DNA from: Candidatus Ozemobacter sibiricus | Lineage (GTDB): Bacteria > Muiribacteriota > Ozemobacteria > Ozemobacterales > Ozemobacteraceae | Assembly: GCA_003327425.1 (NCBI GenBank) | Contig: QOQW01000002.1 | Location: forward strand, 223,972-287,971 | Length of the DNA stretch: 64,000 nt | Direction: 5' to 3' | Part shown: positions 46,988-54,498 of the stretch, piece after piece | How the letters are laid out: each line of letters opens with the position of its first letter | Numbering within the stretch: position 1 is the stretch's first letter | Made by a program: the position numbers and the translations under genes | Notes under the pieces: model-generated | Told to the model about the DNA's origin: nothing | Databases searched by the model: none | What the model saw: the letters and a program-made list of their open reading frames with translations, nothing else

Positions 46988-48925
46988 GTGCCGCAACGCG
47001 GTGCCGTCACCGGCCGCGCGCTGTTCATCCTGCTGCTGGCGTGGCTGGTGCCGCTGACCGGGGCCATCCCCGCGGCGCGGGCCGCCACCCCCGCCGAGGA
47101 TCGCCTGGTCCAGGTCGGCCGCGAGCTGCTGCGCCCGCTGCTCGAGGAGCAGCCCCGCTTCGGGCTCACCCTGACGGCCGCCGCCGAGGAAGCGGCGGGC
47201 CCGCTCGATTTCCGGGCCGATCCGGCCAGCGGCGCCGGGCCGGCCGGCGCCCGCCTCCATCGCCTGACCATCCAGCGCCTCGCCACCGACGTCTGGGTGC
47301 TGCGGCTCGACAGCCCCTGGCGCGACGTCTTCCTGGCCCGCCAGCCCGATCAGACCACGCTCCTCCTGCCCCGCGCCGGGGTCGCCTTCGTCGGCGACGG
47401 GCCGCTGGCCAGCGACGCCCCCAGTCTGGCCGCCCCCGGCCTGCTGAGCCGGCTGGTGACGCCCGAAACCAGCCTCTCTGCCTTCCTGGCCTTCCTGGGG
47501 CCCTCCCTGTTCGAGACGGGTCTGCGACGCCTGGTGCTGCCGTTCCTGACGCCCGTCCCTGAAGATGAAGCGAATCGCCCCGCCTGGAGCTGGCACCTGG
47601 CAGGGGGAGCGCGCCTGCTGGTGCCGCGGGAAGGCCGGGCCTGGCTGGCCCTGCAGCTGCCGCACGGCTCGCGCGGCCTGGCCGGCCTGTCGGCCTTCAC
47701 GCTGGCCGCCCTGCCCGAGGACGCCCCCACCCCCCCCACGCCGACCGGCCCCTTCCGCACCAAGCGGGTGCCGCGGGCCGACCTCGAGCGCATGCTCTGC
47801 CGCGGGCTGGCTCGCGCGCTGTCGGTGAAGTTCCCGGGCCCGCCCGTGCTGAACCGGCCCGAGCCCGCCCGCGTGCCGCACGGCGAGCTGCGCCATCACG
47901 ATGGCCAGATCCTGGTGCGACTGGCCGGCACCCCGACCGAGATCGGCACCGCCCACGGCCGTCTGCTGGCCCGCGAGATCCGGCGCACCGTCGATTCGAC
48001 CCTGCACCTGGTCGGCCTGGTCGCCACCCTCGAGCAGGGGAAATGGTTCCCCGCCGAACTCGAAGAGGCCTGGCGACGCTGCGCCCCGCACATCCCCGCC
48101 GACCATCTCGCCGAGCTGCAGGCGATCGCCTCGGCCTGCCCCGACCTGACCTGGGATGAACTGCGCCTGTCGAGCATCTTCCCCGAGTACTTCCACTGTT
48201 CGGGGTTCGCCCTGTTCGGCCGGGCCACGGCCGACGGCACGCTCTACCACGGCCGCGTGCTCGACTACATGACCGAGATCGGCCTGCAGCAGGTGGCCGT
48301 GGCCTTCGTCGTCAAGCCGCAGGGCGGCCATGGCTTCCTCAACGCCGGCTACGCCGGCCTGCAAGGCGCGGTCAGCGGCATGAACGAGGCCGGTCTCTCG
48401 CTGGGCGAGATGGGGGGCGGCGGGCGCTACCAATGGGATGGCACCCCGATGTGCACCTTGATGCGCCGGGCCCTCGCCGAGTGCGGCACGCTCGAGGAGG
48501 TCAAGACCCTGTGGGCCAGCAGCCCGCGCACCTGCGAATATTTCTACGTCTTCGCCGATGCCAAGGGCCCCGCCGCCGTGGCCGTGCGTGCCACGCCGAC
48601 CGACCTCGAGTTCCTCGGCCCCGGCCAGAGCCATCCGTTGCTGGGGGAAGGGATCGCCGACGCCGTCGTGCTGTCGGCGGGCGGCCGCCTGAAGGAGCTG
48701 CGGCACCGGATCATGGCCGGCCACGGCACCTTCACCGCGACCGCCGCCCTCCGGCTGATGGACCGGCCGGTGGCCATGCGCAGCAACCTCCACAACTGCC
48801 TGTTCGTCCCGGCCCGGCAGGAGGCCTGGATCGCCAACGCCGGCGACGGCGTGCCCGCCGCCGAGATGCCGTATGTGCGCTATGACCTGCGGGAGCTGCT
48901 GCGCGACCTGCCGACGGGGCCCTGA
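46988..48925 (+). CDS. Exported C45-family (Ntn, autoproteolytic) acyltransferase/hydrolase with an extra N-terminal domain
   Basis: 'L.GTPTEIG.AHG.LL', nucleophile 'HCSGFA', 'HGRVLDY', 'G.VSGMNEAGL' and 'NLHN..F.P'. Start uncertain: the track gives 46859; GTG 46988 gives a normal signal peptide. Confidence 0.85.
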   Translation: MPQRGAVTGRALFILLLAWLVPLTGAIPAARAATPAEDRLVQVGRELLRPLLEEQPRFGLTLTAAAEEAAGPLDFRADPASGAGPAGARLHRLTIQRLATDVWVLRLDSPWRDVFLARQPDQTTLLLPRAGVAFVGDGPLASDAPSLAAPGLLSRLVTPETSLSAFLAFLGPSLFETGLRRLVLPFLTPVPEDEANRPAWSWHLAGGARLLVPREGRAWLALQLPHGSRGLAGLSAFTLAALPEDAPTPPTPTGPFRTKRVPRADLERMLCRGLARALSVKFPGPPVLNRPEPARVPHGELRHHDGQILVRLAGTPTEIGTAHGRLLAREIRRTVDSTLHLVGLVATLEQGKWFPAELEEAWRRCAPHIPADHLAELQAIASACPDLTWDELRLSSIFPEYFHCSGFALFGRATADGTLYHGRVLDYMTEIGLQQVAVAFVVKPQGGHGFLNAGYAGLQGAVSGMNEAGLSLGEMGGGGRYQWDGTPMCTLMRRALAECGTLEEVKTLWASSPRTCEYFYVFADAKGPAAVAVRATPTDLEFLGPGQSHPLLGEGIADAVVLSAGGRLKELRHRIMAGHGTFTATAALRLMDRPVAMRSNLHNCLFVPARQEAWIANAGDGVPAAEMPYVRYDLRELLRDLPTGP

Positions 48926-48986
48926 GGGCGCGGGAGGGAACGCCAGGCCTGGTCAGCTCCCCGAACGGCAGGCCCCTGGCGCCGGA

Positions 48987-50651
48987 TCAATTCCCAGGCG
49001 AGGGTCCGCCGGCTTCGGTCAGGAAGAGCAGGAAGCTTTCCTGCGCGCCCACGCGGTCGAAGAACTCCCAGCGAGACTTCTCGTCGGGAGGGGCGAAGCG
49101 CAGCTCGCCGCTGGCCGCCTCGACGAAGAAGAACGGCGCCAGCAGGAGATGGTTCATCGAGTCCTGGCTGAAGAGGGCCGGCGCATTGGCCGGCAGGGGC
49201 ACCGCCGCGAACGGGGTCGGGTCGATAGGAGCCGGCACCGGCTTCCACAGGTCGACGACTTTCAAGCCTTCCGGAGTAGGGCGTCGCACCACCAGGCGGT
49301 TGGGCCCCATGAACGGGGCGAGCCCCCGGAAGAGATCGCAGATGCCAGCGACCGCCGCCGCGTGGAAATTGGCGGCCTCCTGCGGATATTCGTCGAGCAG
49401 GGCGAAGCCCTCCTGGAGGGAGATGAAAGGTTCGGCGAACGGATCTTCGAGGCCGACGCGGAAGGCATGCCCCATGCCCAGCGGGAAGAGGTCACCGAAC
49501 CCGTAGGGGTTGGGCAGGGTGTCGGAAAGCAGGCGCAGCAACTGCAGGGTATTGAGGGCGGCCGGGTCGGTCAGAGCCCGGAAGCAGGCCCGATCGGCGA
49601 CCTTGTTGCGGTGGCCGCAGGCGAAATAGGCGCAGACGAAACCGATGGTCAGCACCGAGCGGACTCGCTCGTAGACGTGCCGCAGGCGGAAGTTGACCTC
49701 GGCCAGGGGGGCGCGGTCGCGACCGCCGTCGGTCAGGGGCTCCAGCAGCCAGGCCGGCGCGGTCGGCCAGGTCTCGCGCACCTGCGCCGCCAGATCGGGC
49801 AGCGAGGGCAGCACGGCCTCGTCGCCAGGCGCCGGCGGCGGCGGGACCAGGGTCGCCGCCTCGGGATCGCCGCGGCGGGCCATCTGGAGCACGATCTCGC
49901 GCAGGCGGGCGGCGGTCTCGGGATCGCGGTGCGCCAGGTGCTGCCGGATGAGGGGCAGGACGTCGGGTCCCGACAGTCCGTCGAGGATGGCGGCGGCGAG
50001 CCGGGCCGGCGCCGGGTCATCCCCTGACAGCATGAAATGGAGGGCGGCCATGAACTGGTCGCGGCCGATCTGCTTGAGGAACTGGCGAACCAGGTAGACG
50101 ATCTCGGGGGCCGGGTCGGTCAGGCCGCGCAGCAGCGGGGGCAGCAGGCAGCCCTGGAAGACGGCGATCAGCGCTTCGCTGGCTTTGAGGCGAACAGCGG
50201 CCGCCGGATCCTGGAGGTAGCCCAGCAGGATGGGCAGGTTGCCCAGGTCGGGGTTATGACGCAGCACTTCGGCCACCAGCGCCTTGCCGTCAGGATGTTC
50301 CACGTCGGCGCCGAACTGCTGCACCGTGTACAGGATATTGCTCGACACCCGTTTGCGCAGGGCCCGCAAGGCGTACATCCGACGGGCGGGGTCGGGGCTC
50401 TGCAGCAGGGGCAGCACCGCTTCGGGGGTCGCCTGCTCGGGGAGGGTGGCGAACTCCTGCAGCTTTTTGAGCACCTTCAACGCGAGCGCCTGCAGATCGG
50501 GGGCGGGCTGGGTGCCGAGGAACCGCTGCACCAGATCCTGGGCTTCGATGATGGCCTGGTTGTGGATGATGGCCAGGGCCCGTTTCTGCAGGCCGGGGTT
50601 GGTGCCGGCCAGGGCTTTCCCCAGTTCTTCGAGTGACGTGGTCGACGCCAT
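48987..50651 (-). CDS. HEAT-repeat protein with an unknown C-terminal domain (554 aa)
   Basis: Repeated 'D/NP.(V/L)R..A..AL' units in the N-terminal half. The C-terminal ~250 aa is not recognised. Confidence 0.85.
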   Translation of the reverse strand: MASTTSLEELGKALAGTNPGLQKRALAIIHNQAIIEAQDLVQRFLGTQPAPDLQALALKVLKKLQEFATLPEQATPEAVLPLLQSPDPARRMYALRALRKRVSSNILYTVQQFGADVEHPDGKALVAEVLRHNPDLGNLPILLGYLQDPAAAVRLKASEALIAVFQGCLLPPLLRGLTDPAPEIVYLVRQFLKQIGRDQFMAALHFMLSGDDPAPARLAAAILDGLSGPDVLPLIRQHLAHRDPETAARLREIVLQMARRGDPEAATLVPPPPAPGDEAVLPSLPDLAAQVRETWPTAPAWLLEPLTDGGRDRAPLAEVNFRLRHVYERVRSVLTIGFVCAYFACGHRNKVADRACFRALTDPAALNTLQLLRLLSDTLPNPYGFGDLFPLGMGHAFRVGLEDPFAEPFISLQEGFALLDEYPQEAANFHAAAVAGICDLFRGLAPFMGPNRLVVRRPTPEGLKVVDLWKPVPAPIDPTPFAAVPLPANAPALFSQDSMNHLLLAPFFFVEAASGELRFAPPDEKSRWEFFDRVGAQESFLLFLTEAGGPSPGN

Positions 50652-50657
50652 GCCTTC

Positions 50658-50720
50658 ATTCTAGACCAACCTCTCCGACGAGTCAAAGAATTGACATGGG
50701 GTGAAGGGAATGGCTAGAAT
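50658..50720. promoter_or_regulatory. Back-to-back divergent sigma70 promoters, both apparently leaderless
   Basis: Plus strand: TTGACA 50691-50696, 18 nt, TAGAAT 50715-50720, 6 nt, ATG 50727. Minus strand: TTGACT 50686-50681, 17 nt, TAGAAT 50663-50658, 6 nt, ATG 50651. Confidence 0.75.
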
Positions 50721-50726
50721 GACTCC

Positions 50727-51083
50727 ATGCCTGAATTCTCCGTCACCACCGAGATCCGCGACCAACCGCGGGTGGTCATCGTCCGAACCGTCGGCTACAT
50801 CGACGATCACGCGGGCGAGAAGATCAAGAAGGTCGTCCAGGCCCTGATGGAAAAGGGCGAGAAGAATTTCCTGTTCAGCTTCGGCGGGTCGCCGGTGATC
50901 AACAGCACGGGGATCGCCTGCCTCCTCGAAGTCTGCGAGGAGATCGGGTTCAGCCTGCAGGGCAAGGTCGCGTTCTGCTGCCTGTCCAAGGCCATCGCCG
51001 AAGTGTTCAGAATGATGGGAATCACCAGCGTCTACCAGATCTACGACCAGGAGGAGTCGGCCCTGCCAGGCTTTTCCCGGTGA
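50727..51083 (+). CDS. STAS-domain protein (SpoIIAA/RsbV-like anti-anti-sigma factor)
   Basis: 118 aa with 'VIVRTVGYID', the phosphorylatable-Ser motif 'INSTGIACLL' and 'EVFRMMGI'. Confidence 0.9.
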   Translation: MPEFSVTTEIRDQPRVVIVRTVGYIDDHAGEKIKKVVQALMEKGEKNFLFSFGGSPVINSTGIACLLEVCEEIGFSLQGKVAFCCLSKAIAEVFRMMGITSVYQIYDQEESALPGFSR

Positions 51084-51180
51084 TCGTGGACCGGCGGATC
51101 ATGCACGCTGATACGCAGCGGTTGTTCATGTTCCGCGCGGCCCGCGGCGGGAAGCCCCATCCCCCGGACCGGACCGCGTC

Positions 51181-53109
51181 ATGACCAATCTGCTGGCGCT
51201 GCTGCTGGAAGATCTCGATTCCGAGAACCGAGCCGTCCGGTGCGATGCGCTCCGGCAGCTCGCCGAATGCGACCTCGATGCGCCCGCCCTGGCCCGGTTG
51301 AAAGCGCTGGCGACCAGCCGTGAGGAAGACCCCGAGATCCAGTTCCTGGCCCGGCAGGCCGTGCTCAACACCGAACGGCGGCGCCAGACGGCGGCCAGCG
51401 CCTTCCCCACCTTTACCGACACGCGCGACCTGGAAACCCGCCTGACCGCGCTGTCGCTGCCGGAGTTCCAGGAGGCGGTCGGCAGCTGCCCGGCCGCCGC
51501 CGTGCCTGCGCTGATGGAGGTGCTGCGCCGTCGTCTGCCCGACGAGAGCCAGACCGACCGGGCCCCGGTCATCCTGTCCGCCTTCCGCCGCTGGGGCCGC
51601 CCAGAGGATGCCGACCTGCTGCTGCCGTTCCTCTCCGCCAGGGATCCGGTGCAGGTGATCGAAGTGATCGGCGCCCTCGAGCGGGTGGCGCCCCGCAAAC
51701 TGTTCGAGAAGATCGGCCTGGCCTTGACCTCGCCTTATCCCACCGTCCAGAACCGAGCGCTGCGCACCATCCTGCGCTTCCACTTCATGAAGGGGGTCGA
51801 GTACCTACGGCAGATGTTCGCGTCGGAACATGCCTCGGTGCGGGCGGCCGCCGTGATGCAGTGCATGACCATCCCCTTCCACAAGGTGCAGGAGCTCATC
51901 TTCAACGCGCTGGCCCTGGAAGAGGATCCGCGCGTGCTGGCCCGCGCCGCCTACCTGCTCTACCTGAACCCGAGCGAGCACACGGTCTACTGGCTGATGG
52001 ACATCGCGAGCACCGCCGGCCAGGCCAAGCAGAAGTGGTGCCAGGACTGCATCGCCGCGGTCCTCGAATCGATCCGTCTGTCCGGCATCATGGAGGAGAG
52101 CGTGGAGGAGTTCACCGAGCGCATTCAGCGCCAGCTCGAAGCTCGGCAACGCAATGCGCTGTTGAGCACCTTCTTCGAGGAACTGGAGCACAAGGATCCG
52201 ATGCGGCGCTACGAAGCGATCGAAGCCCTGCGCGAGCACCAGACCCTGCCCGAGGTGCGCGAGAAGTTCCAGGCCCTGTGGCAGAACGACCCCGACAAGC
52301 GCATCAAAGGGCTGTTGACCGCCATCTTCGCCGAGAACCCTGATCGGAAACGGCTGCAGGCCGAGCTGGCCCCTGACAAGTTCCAGAAGCTGCTGCGGGA
52401 CGAGCAACTGGCCCTGCTGGGCCAGGTCAAAAGCTGCGAGGAGTTCTCCTTCGTGCGCTGCCACCTGCAACGCCTCTCGCGGATGCGGCTCGATCCGCTG
52501 GTGGTGGCCGAAGCAGTGCGCCTGCTGGGGCGGTATGGCGACGCCCAGGAGGAGCTGCCCTTCCTGATGATGTCGCTCAAGAGCGGCGAGGGGCTGATCC
52601 AGGCGCGGGCCATCGAGGGGCTCGGGCGTCTCGCCCCCGACGCCCTGCTCAAAGAGCTGCCGCGACTGATCCGGGAGGCCGATCCCACCGTCCGTTCCGC
52701 CGCCCTGCGCACCTTCTTCCGGCTCGACAAGACCCAGGCGATGAAAGCGCTGCAGGACATGCTGCTGTCGGTCAGCGCCGCGGTCAAAGAGCAGGCGCTG
52801 GTCTGCCTGGCCCAGTTGAGCTATGCGGCCACTCGCCCTCTGCTGCTGCGCTTCGTCAAAGAAGAGGCCAACCCGAACCTGGTCCGGAAAGCGGGGGTGA
52901 TTTTGCGCAACAATCCTGATCTCGATGCCGTCCGCAATGTATACGACACCATGCGCCTGGCGCGTGAACCTCGGCGATCCCTCTTGAAAGAGATTTTGCA
53001 GGAGTGTCTGGAGGGATGCCTGGCGGCCGGCCTCCTGCAAGGCACCGTCCAGGAGCATCTGGAAAGACTGCGGCGCGAGGCGGCCGCCGCTGAGATGCCG
53101 ACGATCTGA
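51181..53109 (+). CDS. HEAT-repeat protein (642 aa) with an internal duplication
   Basis: Many HEAT units ('ENRAVRCDAL', 'YPTVQNRAL', 'HASVRAAAV', 'DPMRRYEAI', 'DPTVRSAAL'). Two similar repeat blocks end in 'LYLNPS' and 'LRNNPD'. Confidence 0.87.
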   Translation: MTNLLALLLEDLDSENRAVRCDALRQLAECDLDAPALARLKALATSREEDPEIQFLARQAVLNTERRRQTAASAFPTFTDTRDLETRLTALSLPEFQEAVGSCPAAAVPALMEVLRRRLPDESQTDRAPVILSAFRRWGRPEDADLLLPFLSARDPVQVIEVIGALERVAPRKLFEKIGLALTSPYPTVQNRALRTILRFHFMKGVEYLRQMFASEHASVRAAAVMQCMTIPFHKVQELIFNALALEEDPRVLARAAYLLYLNPSEHTVYWLMDIASTAGQAKQKWCQDCIAAVLESIRLSGIMEESVEEFTERIQRQLEARQRNALLSTFFEELEHKDPMRRYEAIEALREHQTLPEVREKFQALWQNDPDKRIKGLLTAIFAENPDRKRLQAELAPDKFQKLLRDEQLALLGQVKSCEEFSFVRCHLQRLSRMRLDPLVVAEAVRLLGRYGDAQEELPFLMMSLKSGEGLIQARAIEGLGRLAPDALLKELPRLIREADPTVRSAALRTFFRLDKTQAMKALQDMLLSVSAAVKEQALVCLAQLSYAATRPLLLRFVKEEANPNLVRKAGVILRNNPDLDAVRNVYDTMRLAREPRRSLLKEILQECLEGCLAAGLLQGTVQEHLERLRREAAAAEMPTI

Positions 53110-53261
53110 ACCGTGGCCCGCGCCCGCTCCACCAGAAGGCGACCCAGAATCTGGACCGTCGGCCGGCGTCCGTTCCACCCGAAGGCGAGCCAGAACAGCA
53201 CGGCGACGCCAGCCGACCCGCGACGGGGCGCGGCGAACCGGCGGGTGCGACGGGGCGACGG

Positions 53262-54284
53262 TCAGCCGCCGCGCAGCCGGGCCAGGATATGCTGACGGAT
53301 CCGCTGTTCGTCTTCCCGACCGCGGCCGAGGTCGCTGAGCGGGCTCTCGCGGACCCGGCCGTAGGTCAGGGGTTTGCTCTGGATGCGGATGCGGAACTGA
53401 CGGCCTTCCCCTTCGATGAGGGCCCGCACCAGCTGACCGGCGCTGCGCAGCGACCAGCCGGTGGTGCCGAACATGATCTTGGTGCCGGTGTTCCAGAAGA
53501 TGCGATCGACCCCGGCATCGGACATCGCCTTGTACAAAAGACCCATGACCTGATTGATGGTGGCCCCGCCGATGTCGAGGCGGTCGGCCCGCCCTTCGGC
53601 GGTCACCTGATGGCTGCGGATCTCGGTCTGGGTGATCTCGTGGAGCTGGAACTGCTGGAAGTAGATCCGGGCGAGGTTGGGCCGCACCTCGTGGGTGAAG
53701 CGGGGCGACGCGAGGAAGCGGCCCACCGCCCCGACGAGGTCGGGCCCTTCCTCCAGGCCGAGACGGGTGTTGTCGGCCTCATGGGTATAGCGATAGGTGA
53801 ACCGCACCTGGGTACGGTCGCCCTTGGTCCTGGTTTCGGTCTCGACATCGAGGCTGTGGTAGAGCTTCTGGGCGTAGCCTTCCCAGGTGCCGCGCAGGAG
53901 CCGGCGGTAGGTGCTCCAGGCCAGATCCTTCACCCCGAATTCGCGGAAGGCCTCATACAGAACGGGCAGCAGGAAATCGGCCTGGAGGTTGGTCCAGAAG
54001 AGGTCGCGCTCGAGGGGCTGCCAGACGACCGGTTCGGTATTCTCGACCTTCCCGTCAGGATCGATCAGGCTGAAGCGTTTCTGGGAGAAATGCCGGACCA
54101 GGAAATCATAGGCGATGTTGATCTCCTTGATGCGGTCCTCGGCGATGCGGCGCATGCCGGGATCGTCGACGAACCGGTCAGGATGCCATTCCTTGGCCAG
54201 GCGGCGATAGGCCGCCTTGACATCGTTGAAGGTCGCCGAGGACCGGAGGCTGAACAACCGGAGATGTTTCTGCAGTTCCTTCAT
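53262..54284 (-). CDS. J-domain (DnaJ class C) protein with a duplicated C-terminal alpha/beta domain
   Basis: 'FNDVKAAYRRLAKEWHPDRF...A.DRIKEINIAY' retains the HPD motif. Start ATG 54284. Confidence 0.9.
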   Translation of the reverse strand: MKELQKHLRLFSLRSSATFNDVKAAYRRLAKEWHPDRFVDDPGMRRIAEDRIKEINIAYDFLVRHFSQKRFSLIDPDGKVENTEPVVWQPLERDLFWTNLQADFLLPVLYEAFREFGVKDLAWSTYRRLLRGTWEGYAQKLYHSLDVETETRTKGDRTQVRFTYRYTHEADNTRLGLEEGPDLVGAVGRFLASPRFTHEVRPNLARIYFQQFQLHEITQTEIRSHQVTAEGRADRLDIGGATINQVMGLLYKAMSDAGVDRIFWNTGTKIMFGTTGWSLRSAGQLVRALIEGEGRQFRIRIQSKPLTYGRVRESPLSDLGRGREDEQRIRQHILARLRGG

Positions 54285-54498
54285 GCGGCCGGATCTTCCG
54301 GCGTCATTGTACCGCGGGCGTCGTCCCAGGGTCAATCCGATGGGAGCCGCTCCCCCCAACGCCGAACGAAGGCGTGACAGGGGCGCCGGTCTGCGGTAGA
54401 CTCGAGGGAAGACACCATGCCGCCCAGGCGTTGGCCGAGGCCGGTCGGCGCGAAGCCCTGCCAGCCTCACACCAGCACCTGGAAGAGGGGGGAGGAGC

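Noticed and set aside
53220-53257. GCGACGGGGCG direct repeat between convergent genes, and similar short duplications at about 24030-24051 and 20329-20351
   Set aside because: Only two copies of a short GC-rich word, with no spacer structure. Not CRISPR or REP on this evidence.
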